Of a stretch of 45,078 bases of DNA, positions 9,992 to 18,519 are shown in pieces (the first letter of the stretch is position 1; every line of letters starts with the position of its first letter). A program made the position numbers and the translations under genes. Below the pieces are notes generated by a model that did not search any database, had not been told where the DNA came from, and saw nothing but the letters and a program-made list of their open reading frames with translations. This DNA is from Alphaproteobacteria bacterium (GTDB taxonomy: Bacteria; Pseudomonadota; Alphaproteobacteria; Rs-D84): positions 1 to 45,078 of the forward strand of contig JAKSTB010000002.1 in NCBI GenBank assembly GCA_024402815.1, given 5' to 3'.

Positions 9992-11620
9992 TTAATACAC
10001 CCATGGTCTGTCGAGTAATCCAACCCAACGTTCTACTTCATCAACACCGATAATTCCGCGCAACATTAATTCTTCAGCAGCTTCTTTTAATGTTCGCCCA
10101 TCTAATTTTTCCAACCAGAATCTCAAAGCTGCATCTGTTTCACCAGCCAATGCCAAACTTAAAAATTCACTGTTAGTCAAAATAATTTCGCCTGCTTTTA
10201 TACGTCCAACCGAACCCGTTCCTTTACAATGTTCACAACCCGGTCCACGAATAAATACCTGTTGTAATCCCAAATCACCAAACGCTTCTTTAACTCTGTG
10301 GTATGCAGGATTATCAGCCTTGTCAATCAACTGTTCACGACAATATGGACACAACTTTTTAAACAAACGCATCGAAACCAAACCACGCATCATGGTTTCA
10401 TCTTTCAATTTAAATGCTTCAACTCCCATATCTAACAAACGGGTCAATGCACCCATAGCGGAATTCGCGTGCAAAGTTGTCCATACGTTATGTCCAGACA
10501 AAGCGCCCTTGACGGTTAATTGCGCCGCAGACAAAGTTCTGATTTCACCGACCATCAATGTATCAGGGTCACTACGCAAAGCCGCAGCCAAAGCTTCTGT
10601 AAATTTTTCTTCACGTTGTTCTTCGTTACCAGCATTAACCACCGGCATTTGATGCGCGCCAAAAATTTTCTGTTCCGCAGGATCTTCCACAGTAATAAGG
10701 TTGATTTCATATCTGTGTTCTTTCAACATCAAAGCCATATTACGAACCAATGTCGTTGATTTACCAGATGATGTTGGTCCAGCCACCACAACCAACCCTG
10801 TTGGCGCGGAACGTAAACGTGATAATAATTTTTGCTCGTAATCACCAAATTCTTGTTCTGTTTTAATACCTTCGCTTGGGTTATCATACAGAAGACGCAT
10901 AACCACATATTGACTACCAAACGCAATCGGGTTAAATTGCATACGAATACCCAATACAGATGCAGGTAAATACAAATCTTTTGTACCACGCAACGGTGTT
11001 CGTCCGTCTTTCTGGGCGGCCTGGTATTCGTTTTGTGCATAACTGGAATTAGATATATCCGCAGATGCGAATGCGGCACGAACAAATGCTTCACCCCATT
11101 GTGAATTATATTCCAAAATTGGTTGCATACTTCCGTCCATACGGAAATAAATCGTGGTCTGATCAGCAACTTCAATGTGAATATCTGATACCTTTTGTGC
11201 AGCAGCACGCGCAATAACATCGACGAAATCTTTCTGCATCTGGTTATCAAAATCAACACGTTGATGTAATTTACCACCAACCCTTTCTTCGTTTGTTTTG
11301 TAAATACTTGAAATCAAACCCAAATCTGCATAGAAAGGTTTTTTTACAACCGCATGATTTCGATTTAACCAATCCATAAATGCCAGAACACGTCCGTCAT
11401 ATTTGTGTGTTCTGGATATAATCAATTCACCACCAGAAAAATACGCAATCAAACTCTGGGTGTCTTTTGGCAAAGCATATTCACCACCAAACGATGTCAA
11501 CAGTTTGTTGTTATCTGAAAACAAGTATGTCAAAATATCCTTGTTGCCAGCAGTTTCCAATCCTGACGGCACAGAATGCTTTTTTGATATATCTTCAACA
11601 GTTGTGTCTTGTTTTGCCAT
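9992..11620 (-). CDS. GspE/PilB-family secretion ATPase (type IVb PilQ/TcpT/BfpD-like)
   Basis: Walker A GPTSSGKST, Walker B/Asp box LMVGEIR, His box TTLHANS, tetracysteine CPYC...CEHC. The ATG at 11620 is 1 nt after the upstream stop. Confidence 0.85.
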   Translation of the reverse strand: MAKQDTTVEDISKKHSVPSGLETAGNKDILTYLFSDNNKLLTSFGGEYALPKDTQSLIAYFSGGELIISRTHKYDGRVLAFMDWLNRNHAVVKKPFYADLGLISSIYKTNEERVGGKLHQRVDFDNQMQKDFVDVIARAAAQKVSDIHIEVADQTTIYFRMDGSMQPILEYNSQWGEAFVRAAFASADISNSSYAQNEYQAAQKDGRTPLRGTKDLYLPASVLGIRMQFNPIAFGSQYVVMRLLYDNPSEGIKTEQEFGDYEQKLLSRLRSAPTGLVVVAGPTSSGKSTTLVRNMALMLKEHRYEINLITVEDPAEQKIFGAHQMPVVNAGNEEQREEKFTEALAAALRSDPDTLMVGEIRTLSAAQLTVKGALSGHNVWTTLHANSAMGALTRLLDMGVEAFKLKDETMMRGLVSMRLFKKLCPYCREQLIDKADNPAYHRVKEAFGDLGLQQVFIRGPGCEHCKGTGSVGRIKAGEIILTNSEFLSLALAGETDAALRFWLEKLDGRTLKEAAEELMLRGIIGVDEVERWVGLLDRPWVY

Positions 11621-11621
11621 T

Positions 11622-12287
11622 TTATTTGCCACCAATATTTAAACTTTCAGAAACACCATCTTTTTCAAATATAATTCCATCGTCCAAAGAAATTGATTTG
11701 ATTGTATAACCGTCTAATTTTTTACCAACGGCTATGCGTTTGTTTTGACCTGTGGATATTTCTTCTACTGTTGCCTGTAATTGATTACCAACACCAATAA
11801 CATTTAACAATTTGTATTTTGCTTTGAATACAGGTTTTACTTCCTCTTTCACAGGCGTTGCCACAACTTCGGTTTCTTTTTCTTCCATTTCTTCCATTTG
11901 TCTTTTCAGTTTTTCTGTTTGAGCTTCCAATTCTGCTTTGGCTGCTTCTAATTCTTGCTGTTGCTGTTCAGCTTTGCCTGAAATATTATCCAATTCGATT
12001 TGCATTTTTATTTTTTCAGCATTTAATTTATCCAATTCCAAATCCATTTGGGCATGTTCTTTTTCTAATTGCATCAACACTTTTTCTTGTTCCAAAGTTG
12101 TGATTTTTTCAAACAAAGAACCTTCTACTTGGTATTCTTCCAAAGCAGTTGTTGAAGAATCTTCTGCTGGGGCTTCTGTTTCTTCGATTATTTCTTCCTC
12201 TTCTATAATTTCTTCTGCAAATGCATATGTATTCCCACCCAGGAATCCAACGCACAAACATAAAACAAATAATAATCTTTTAATCAT
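11622..12287 (-). CDS. secreted coiled-coil protein with PilP-like C-terminal domain
   Basis: Signal peptide ending AFA, acidic EEIIEEEE tract, long coiled coil. The C-terminal beta-rich segment (YKLLNVIGVGNQLQATVEE...VGKKLDGYTIKSI) resembles PilP/GspC HR domains. Confidence 0.4.
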   Translation of the reverse strand: MIKRLLFVLCLCVGFLGGNTYAFAEEIIEEEEIIEETEAPAEDSSTTALEEYQVEGSLFEKITTLEQEKVLMQLEKEHAQMDLELDKLNAEKIKMQIELDNISGKAEQQQQELEAAKAELEAQTEKLKRQMEEMEEKETEVVATPVKEEVKPVFKAKYKLLNVIGVGNQLQATVEEISTGQNKRIAVGKKLDGYTIKSISLDDGIIFEKDGVSESLNIGGK

Positions 12288-12299
12288 CTTGTACCCCTT

Positions 12300-13565
12300 T
12301 TATTTCGTGTAAATACTGATATTATATTTCCAAGTTCGTGAATTATTTGACCAATCAACAGCTCTTAAATAAACACCTTGAAAACCATCAAACATCAACA
12401 TATATTCCTGTGGTATCAGTTTAGATGAAGCGTTTATTTGTATAACGTTTATTGTATCTTTTTCTACACCCTTTTTTATAATTTCTGTACCAGGTTTTAT
12501 TTCCGCTGTCATACCGTATTTTTGATATTTAGAAATTAAATCACGCATAACAGTTGCCTGGTCACGACTATCGATTGATTTGTGTGTTCTTAATTCAGGC
12601 AATTTAACCAGAACCCTGACTTCGTTATTTGATAACTGTTCCACCTGGGCACCTGGCATCAATTCCCCGCCCACAGCATAAAAATCATTTATAGTTCCGT
12701 ATTCGCGTCTAAAAGTTGCAGACACATTATCTTGATTACATTCAACCGCATTTGGTACCCATCCCAACACTGGTTGCATCACAAAACCGATGGCTTTATA
12801 ACACAATTTTGCCTTGTCCATAACATATGGCAATTTGTTGTATGGGTAAAACCTTTCCTGTTTTTGTTGTTGTTGCTTTTTATCAATCTTAAACTGTTCG
12901 TCTAATTCTTTATTTTTGATTTCTATCTGACGTTGATATTCCGCTATGGCCTCTGGACTAAGTTCCGGTGTTTTTGGTGGTGTAATTTTATGCAAATCAG
13001 ACAATTTAGAAATTAAAAACACCGCCAACAAAAATCCCAACACTATTACCGCAGAAGGAATCAAAGTTTTAAAAACATTTACCTGTTGTAATTTTGCCCC
13101 AACAACACCGACGACTAATTTTGATAAATCTCTTTCTTGGGATCTTGGCATACCCCATTCTGATGGTGCGAACAAAGCACTCCAATCCGGCATTGCAGAT
13201 AAATCTACATATGCTTTGCGTGCCTCGTTTTCAGTTTCCAGTAAAATATCGCGGATAATCATACCGTTACGAACAGCCAACAAATAAAAATTATTTCCGG
13301 CCCTGAAAACACCTAAAAACGAAACAAATTCAGACAAAGAATTCATTATTTCTGCGGCGATACTGGGGATACCAACACGCAGACCTTCATGGGGGGTTGC
13401 CAAACCAACCATGGCTTTATATTCCACGTACAAAGTGTATTTTACTTTGGTATTTTTTTCCAGTTGGTTTGCATAAATATTTACAGCATTACCCACAGCG
13501 ACAGGTTGCCAGAACAACCCTGCCGCATACTTTTTACGATTAACGGTTATGACTTGTTTTATCAA
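12300..13565 (-). CDS. bitopic membrane protein, PilO(type IVb, PilO2)-like pilus accessory protein
   Basis: TTG start after a purine-rich AAGAGAGAGAA tract. N-terminal RKKYAAGLFWQP motif, a single central TM segment (IPSAVIVLGFLLAVFLI), and size and gene order matching IncI-type pilO-pilP-pilQ-pilR. Confidence 0.4.
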   Translation of the reverse strand: MIKQVITVNRKKYAAGLFWQPVAVGNAVNIYANQLEKNTKVKYTLYVEYKAMVGLATPHEGLRVGIPSIAAEIMNSLSEFVSFLGVFRAGNNFYLLAVRNGMIIRDILLETENEARKAYVDLSAMPDWSALFAPSEWGMPRSQERDLSKLVVGVVGAKLQQVNVFKTLIPSAVIVLGFLLAVFLISKLSDLHKITPPKTPELSPEAIAEYQRQIEIKNKELDEQFKIDKKQQQQKQERFYPYNKLPYVMDKAKLCYKAIGFVMQPVLGWVPNAVECNQDNVSATFRREYGTINDFYAVGGELMPGAQVEQLSNNEVRVLVKLPELRTHKSIDSRDQATVMRDLISKYQKYGMTAEIKPGTEIIKKGVEKDTINVIQINASSKLIPQEYMLMFDGFQGVYLRAVDWSNNSRTWKYNISIYTK

Positions 13566-13584
13566 TTCTCTCTCTTATCTGTTA

Positions 13585-13593
13585 ATTATAACA
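13585..13593 (-). promoter_or_regulatory. extended -10 element (TGTTATAAT on the minus strand) upstream of the pilO-like gene
   Basis: Reverse complement of 13585-13593 reads TGTTATAAT, about 20 nt upstream of the TTG start. It lies downstream of the lipoprotein-gene terminator. Confidence 0.4.
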
Positions 13594-13626
13594 TAAATTG
13601 ATAAAAAAAATAAAGCCGAAAATTAC

Positions 13627-13654
13627 AAAAAAAGTCGTAAATTTACGACTTTTT
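13627..13654 (-). terminator. intrinsic terminator after the lipoprotein gene
   Basis: Palindrome GTCGTAAATTTACGAC flanked by A and T runs, immediately after the stop at 13655. Confidence 0.7.
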
Positions 13655-13969
13655 TCATTTTTTGCAATTATACACTTTGGCCTTTATTTTGTATGTATTT
13701 CTGGGGCCTAAAATTGCACCTATGTTTTTCACAGTATCTTCTGTGTAAATGAAATAAGAATCGCCCAATTTGTTTTCTTCAGCAATTCGTTTTTCTATGA
13801 AATTATAGGCATCGTCTATGTCATAACTTGAAACATTTGTATCAATCATATACAAATATTCACAATTTTTTGGTTCTGCATTTAATTTAACCAAAGCGGG
13901 TTCTTTTGTGCCGGATTCCGCGCACCCAGCCACAGTCAACAAACCGAATATTAACATCGTTTTTTTCAT
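13655..13969 (-). CDS. small lipoprotein (DUF4156-like)
   Basis: Lipobox LTVAGC, AAGGAG SD, two further Cys residues with spacing typical of about 100-aa DUF4156 lipoproteins. Confidence 0.55.
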   Translation of the reverse strand: MKKTMLIFGLLTVAGCAESGTKEPALVKLNAEPKNCEYLYMIDTNVSSYDIDDAYNFIEKRIAEENKLGDSYFIYTEDTVKNIGAILGPRNTYKIKAKVYNCKK

Positions 13970-13983
13970 CTTTTTCTCCTTTG

Positions 13984-14919
13984 TTATTCTTCCACTATTT
14001 CATAATTTGATTTATCGCTGAACAATTTGCGTAATACCAAATTATTCAACGCATGCGATCCCTTTACAGATTCCAAATTCCCATAAATAAAACCGCCAGA
14101 TGTGAACATATCACCCACCGCGTCTATTATTTTATGACGAGCAAATTCATCTGGGTACAATAATTTATTCATAGTTCCATCCCCAGCATCATTTATTGCG
14201 ATAATATTATGTTCGTTTGCACCACGCCCCATACCGTGCGCCTTTAAATATTCCCATTCTGAATGTTTACCAAAAGTTCTGGATCTTGATATTTTATCAA
14301 TGAATTTTTCAACAGATTTCTTGGTTCCATCCAATTCACATGAAAAAGATTGTGTCCCAATTATTTTATCTTTGTAAACCAATGTGGCACTGATTTTCAA
14401 ACCCTTATCATTTGGCGATAATTTAACAAAACCATTACCGCGACGCCAAATCGTATGATTTAAAATAAACATTTTTATGCGTTTGAAAAATGGTAAATTT
14501 TTAGATAATTCATTACGAGTTGCGACAATTGTTTTTTTAACAATTATCTTTTTCATTTTTGTTTTTTTACCAACAACTTTTTCCAACCCCTTATAAAATT
14601 CATATGCACTGCCGTCCAAAATAGGTGTTTCAAAACCATCTATTTCAACAACAGCACTGTCAATTCCATGTAAAAACAGCGCGGCCATAAAATGTTCTAT
14701 GGTTTGAACACGTGCACCATTTTTATCACCAATTGTCGTATTGCGCATTTTTGTTTCGCCAACATTATCAAATGTCGCAGGTATCAACGCAGAATCTTTT
14801 ATATCAACCCTTTTGAAAAAAATTCCGGGCTTCTTGGATGGTAAAACCACCATATTCACATTTAATCCAGAATGAATTCCAACACCGGAAAATTTAACTT
14901 TTTTTGTAATTGATGTCAT
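13984..14919 (-). CDS. lpxC: UDP-3-O-acyl-N-acetylglucosamine deacetylase
   Basis: N-terminal FSGVGIHSG, TIEHFMAAL, C-terminal HKIIDAVGD motifs. Overlaps the lpxK 3' end by 26 nt. Confidence 0.95.
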   Translation of the reverse strand: MTSITKKVKFSGVGIHSGLNVNMVVLPSKKPGIFFKRVDIKDSALIPATFDNVGETKMRNTTIGDKNGARVQTIEHFMAALFLHGIDSAVVEIDGFETPILDGSAYEFYKGLEKVVGKKTKMKKIIVKKTIVATRNELSKNLPFFKRIKMFILNHTIWRRGNGFVKLSPNDKGLKISATLVYKDKIIGTQSFSCELDGTKKSVEKFIDKISRSRTFGKHSEWEYLKAHGMGRGANEHNIIAINDAGDGTMNKLLYPDEFARHKIIDAVGDMFTSGGFIYGNLESVKGSHALNNLVLRKLFSDKSNYEIVEE

Positions 14920-15820
14920 TTATCCTTCCTTTGATCCAATCATAAAAATTATCTTCGATTTCTATATCCAGATTTGAAAATTTGATTTGTTTTTGCGCCC
15001 ATTCTGGCAATCTGACCCAATCTTTTTCAGTTGTTAACAATTTCGCGTTTTTTTCATCTGCAATACGAATTAAATCTTTGATGTCTTTTTCAGTATATTG
15101 ATAATGATCAGGGTACGCGTGTTTTTCAATTAAATGCACAGGCAAATTTTCAAAGAATTTTTCAGGATATCCAATTCCAGCGAACGCAATCACATCTGTG
15201 TTTTCACCATACGGACATATTTCTTTGTTTTTCGCATAAAATATAGGCATACTGGTCGGCAGATAGAAATTGTCGGCTATCTTTTTTCTTTTGATAACTA
15301 TAATCGCATCTGCACGTCTTATCGCAGATTTGTATTCACGCAAAGGTCCCGCAGGCAACAAAAATCCATTTCCAAAACCAATACTTTCATCAAAAACCAG
15401 CACAGAAATATCTTTCTTGATTCCTGAATTTTGAAACCCATCATCCATAATAATCGGTGTATTTGATTTTTGTTCATTTAATAAAATTAAATTCTTTTTT
15501 CTGTTTCCAACATGAACCTGGATATCATCAGCGGACAGCATTTTTGCCTCGTCCCCAATGTTATCTGTATCCGCCGTTTGTTTATATCCACGCATAACCA
15601 CAGGCGCATCAAAATATTTTGCAATCTTTCTGACAATAGGTGTTTTCCCCACCCCCCCAGATAAAATATTACCCAAACAAATAACAATTCTGCGTGAAAC
15701 ATATTCGTGTTTTTTTCTTGCTTTAAACACTATGCGTGATGCAATGTAATAAAACAGTGTCAAAGGGTACAGCAAATAAGAAATTATATTATGTTTTAAA
15801 AACCAGCGTGGTGTTTTCAT
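14894..15820 (-). CDS. lpxK: tetraacyldisaccharide 4'-kinase
   Basis: P-loop GNILSGGVGKTP. ATGA overlap with the upstream gene. Confidence 0.9.
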   Translation of the reverse strand: MKTPRWFLKHNIISYLLYPLTLFYYIASRIVFKARKKHEYVSRRIVICLGNILSGGVGKTPIVRKIAKYFDAPVVMRGYKQTADTDNIGDEAKMLSADDIQVHVGNRKKNLILLNEQKSNTPIIMDDGFQNSGIKKDISVLVFDESIGFGNGFLLPAGPLREYKSAIRRADAIIVIKRKKIADNFYLPTSMPIFYAKNKEICPYGENTDVIAFAGIGYPEKFFENLPVHLIEKHAYPDHYQYTEKDIKDLIRIADEKNAKLLTTEKDWVRLPEWAQKQIKFSNLDIEIEDNFYDWIKGRINDINYKKS

Positions 15821-16572
15821 TTTTTTACCTGGGTTTTGTAATTATCTTCGGTTAAATCTTGCTCTATCTTGATATCGGTAAAATTTTTATCTAAATCATA
15901 GGCCTGTTTTACCATGATATCTTCCAAATTTTTACGCAACGATTCAAATTCTTCTATCTTGGTTGCTTTATCGATAAATATAGGTTTCCCAACAATACCC
16001 TTGATTATGGAAAAAGGTTTAGTCAATAAATATCTGTCCCAACGTTTTAAAAACCAAGGGCGCGAACAAGAATAACATACAGGTATAATCGGTGCACCGG
16101 TCATTTTTGCAAAATATAGCGCCCCATCATGAAACCGCATAGACGGTCCTGTTGGACCATCGGGCGACAGTGCCAAACAATAGCGCCCATCACTTAAAAC
16201 CCGAACACCATTTTTCAACACAGAAACACCATTTTTCTTTGATGAACCCCATATGGTTTTCAGTCCAAATAATTTTTCCATTTTTGCAATTACACGACCA
16301 TCACGTCGCGGATCTGCAACGGCATAACCACGAACCCCGGCACGCGCAACAATCGGTGATAACATCATAGTCCGCCCATGCCAAAACACGAAAATAGCGG
16401 GCTTTCTGCGGTATTTTTTTAAAATATCATAACCGATAATTTCTTTCTTTGATGTATAATAAACAAACCAAATCAAAATCCAAAAAATGACAACAGCTGG
16501 CCATTGAATCACAGACCATTCATACATATGCAGCCACAGCCGTCTTAATGTCTTTTTTACTGATTTTTTCAT
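15817..16572 (-). CDS. DUF374 / lysophospholipid acyltransferase family protein
   Basis: FWHGR ... DGPTGP pattern and position upstream of lpxK. ATG 16572 was chosen because the track start at 16620 is TTG with no support. Confidence 0.7.
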   Translation of the reverse strand: MKKSVKKTLRRLWLHMYEWSVIQWPAVVIFWILIWFVYYTSKKEIIGYDILKKYRRKPAIFVFWHGRTMMLSPIVARAGVRGYAVADPRRDGRVIAKMEKLFGLKTIWGSSKKNGVSVLKNGVRVLSDGRYCLALSPDGPTGPSMRFHDGALYFAKMTGAPIIPVCYSCSRPWFLKRWDRYLLTKPFSIIKGIVGKPIFIDKATKIEEFESLRKNLEDIMVKQAYDLDKNFTDIKIEQDLTEDNYKTQVKK

Positions 16573-16658
16573 ATTTTTACCTGTGTGTTTGATTTTAGCA
16601 ATAAAAATAAAACAATGCAAGAATCACGAAAAAATAAGATTAAAAGCGTTTTTTTTAT

Positions 16659-16686
16659 TTGACACCTTGACAAAAAGAGATATAAT
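16659..16686 (+). promoter_or_regulatory. consensus sigma70-type promoter of tRNA-fMet
   Basis: TTGACA (16659-16664), 16-nt spacer, TATAAT (16681-16686), 13 nt before the tRNA 5' end. Confidence 0.7.
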
Positions 16687-16699
16687 TAACCTTGCTTAT

Positions 16700-16770
<71 letters not shown>

Positions 16771-16776
<6 letters not shown>

Positions 16777-16816
16777 GTTAAATGAAAAACGCACCCCACC
16801 GGGTGCGTTTTTTGTT
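16771..16816 (+). repeat. direct repeat, left copy (last 6 nt of tRNA-fMet plus its terminator)
   Basis: caaccagttaaatgaaaaacgcacc-ccaccg-ggtgcgttttttgtt. It is 40/46 identical to 18152-18197, and all 6 differences lie in the hairpin loop. Confidence 0.85.
16785..16813 (+). terminator. intrinsic terminator of tRNA-fMet
   Basis: Stem AAAAACGCACCC / GGGTGCGTTTTT with loop CACC and a T-run. Confidence 0.8.
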
Positions 16817-16855
16817 AGATTCCAAATATCTGCACAAAGTTCGAAAGTTAAAATC

Positions 16856-16884
16856 AAAAAAGTGGCGATTTTTCGCCACTTTTG
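16856..16884. terminator. hairpin terminator downstream of the 373-aa gene
   Basis: AAAAGTGGCG / CGCCACTTTT stem with loop ATTTTT, 10 nt after the stop at 16894. Confidence 0.7.
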
Positions 16885-16893
16885 AACTCGTGT

Positions 16894-18015
16894 TTAAATT
16901 TCGCGTTTCATTTTTGAGATAATATCACTAGCCATCTCTTTATAATCAGGTGTTTGTTTCTTCTGTTTCCATTTTGAACTGATACTTGTATATAGTCTCG
17001 TATTTGTATCAGTAAAATCCAAAGCAGGATAACCTTTTATTCTATCCTGAAACATTTTAAAAAATGTTTTTTCTTGTGCTTCTTGAACAAAAGTTTCTGC
17101 TAATTCATCCCAATCTTTACGTTCTGCAGTGTTTTTTGCGGGGATATTATTACCAAAAAATTTATTTTCAAATTGTTCTAATGATGTACCATAATAATAA
17201 TGACCATATAACGCAACATACAGTTTATGTGTAATATATGTTAATAATTTTTTACCAGAAATAGTCAATGCAGGTACTCGGTAGTTCATAAAAAATTGTG
17301 TTATCCCTGTTTGCTCTAATTTTTTAGATTTCGCCACTGTTTTTTCAAAAGTTAATAAAATATTGAGAAAAGGACTAATTCCAACAATACCTATATTTTT
17401 CATTGGATAAATACAATGAGTTTTACCAATTCCAAATCGTCCATACACAGTTGGCTCAAATGCATATTCTTCTTTAAATTGGTCTGTATAAACTGGTGGA
17501 ATGTATATTTTTGACCCAAATTTTTCTTGTATAATCTTTGCTAATTTTATTGTGTCATCATAACTACCCGTATATATTGTCATTCCTTTACCACCATCAC
17601 CACCATCCAAAATTTTATGATGCACACCAAATTCTATTAAAAAATCTGATATTTCTTTGGTTACAGGATGTTTTCTATTTGGAACAACGTCCAAGTGTAA
17701 TTTCCAAGCACAACTACTATCCCATTCATCACTGGGTAAATCTCTTTTATGAAATAATTTACTTTGTTCTGGTGGTAATCCACCGCCTTGCCAAGATTCT
17801 TTTTTATAACCTGTTTTTATTTCATGTACTGAAAACCTCAAATTTTCGTCTTTTTTTGCTCTTTTCATATATTCTTGATTTATCTTCTCTCTTTGAACAG
17901 ATAAAGGTGTGGTCGCTTCATACAAAGACAATGTTTTTTCCAATTTGACAAGGTCTTTTAATGAAAGTTTTGAAAGGTCTGTATTTTCAAAAGACTTCAA
18001 AAAATCTTGTAACAT
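16894..18015 (-). CDS. hypothetical protein (373 aa), effector-like; weak resemblance to the phosphothreonine-lyase catalytic core
   Basis: ATG preceded by AGGAG. Extended -10 TGGTATAAT (reverse complement of 18040-18048). Motif string WKLHLDV ... HHKILDG ... GKGMTIYTG parallels DKFHISV ... KWKVTD ... QFTLY of OspF/SpvC. Confidence 0.6.
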   Translation of the reverse strand: MLQDFLKSFENTDLSKLSLKDLVKLEKTLSLYEATTPLSVQREKINQEYMKRAKKDENLRFSVHEIKTGYKKESWQGGGLPPEQSKLFHKRDLPSDEWDSSCAWKLHLDVVPNRKHPVTKEISDFLIEFGVHHKILDGGDGGKGMTIYTGSYDDTIKLAKIIQEKFGSKIYIPPVYTDQFKEEYAFEPTVYGRFGIGKTHCIYPMKNIGIVGISPFLNILLTFEKTVAKSKKLEQTGITQFFMNYRVPALTISGKKLLTYITHKLYVALYGHYYYGTSLEQFENKFFGNNIPAKNTAERKDWDELAETFVQEAQEKTFFKMFQDRIKGYPALDFTDTNTRLYTSISSKWKQKKQTPDYKEMASDIISKMKREI

Positions 18016-18151
18016 TATAATCTCCTATTATATTGTAAAATTATACCATAAATGTCATTCAATGTAAATTCAGCGATGTTAATTCGTTTTTTAACTCATC
18101 AATCTCACGCCCGATTTCCAACAATTCGGCTCGAGAACTGCACACACTGCA

Positions 18152-18197
18152 CAACCAGTTAAATGAAAAACGCACCAAAAATGGTGCGTTTTTTGTT
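18152..18197 (+). repeat. direct repeat, right copy
   Basis: caaccagttaaatgaaaaacgcacc-aaaaat-ggtgcgttttttgtt. Retains a terminator-like hairpin. Confidence 0.85.
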
Positions 18198-18248
18198 TAA
18201 TTTATTTCGGGATTTGAATCAACGAGACAAGGTGGTTCACAACAAGGA

Positions 18249-18410
18249 TTAGACGGGTGGAAACACGCCGGTTTGCCAAAGGCAAAAATCCGCAGTTGCA
18301 GAATTATTATACAAAACAAAACCACAATTACCGCATTCCCATTTGCGATTATTTGTATTGGTGATGTTTTTGCTGGCACAATTCGGACAAAATTTGAAAT
18401 CGTTTTTCAT
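18249..18410 (-). pseudogene. truncated NUDIX-hydrolase-like gene (N-terminal zinc ribbon only)
   Basis: MKNDFKFCPNCASK...WECGNCGFVLYNN is the CxxC...CxxC ribbon seen at the N-terminus of some NUDIX hydrolases. The frame stops after about 53 codons with no Nudix box. Confidence 0.45.
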
Positions 18411-18485
18411 GATTAAACCCTTTGATACTGTTATAATTTTAATTTGTTTCAACATCAAGCATAAATAAAATCCTGTGTCAAAATG

Positions 18486-18513
18486 TTGACATTTTATATT
18501 TTTGTGTTATATT
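18486..18513 (+). promoter_or_regulatory. promoter of the 277-aa gene (predicts a leaderless mRNA)
   Basis: TTGACA (18486-18491), 16-nt spacer, TG-n-TATATT (18505-18513). The ATG at 18520 lies 7 nt after the -10 element. Confidence 0.45.
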
Positions 18514-18519
18514 TGAGAC

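Larger units (their letters stand above)
16777..18197. mobile_element. putative single-gene insertion (mini-island) at the tRNA-fMet 3' end, no recombinase
   Basis: Bounded by the 46-bp direct repeats. Contains one ORF with its own promoter and terminator plus a short ORF remnant. Confidence 0.4.

Noticed and set aside
9990-10028. Longer N-terminus (TTG 10028 or ATG 10004) for the GspF-like platform gene
   Set aside because: These starts would overlap the ATPase gene by 13-37 nt and have no better SD. ATG 9989, 2 nt after the ATPase stop, fits the translational coupling seen in the rest of the cluster. It remains an alternative.
18197-18379. 60-aa ORF overlapping the NUDIX stub in another frame
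   Set aside because: It has no motif and no SD, and it overlaps the right direct repeat. It is most likely non-coding debris of the decayed gene.
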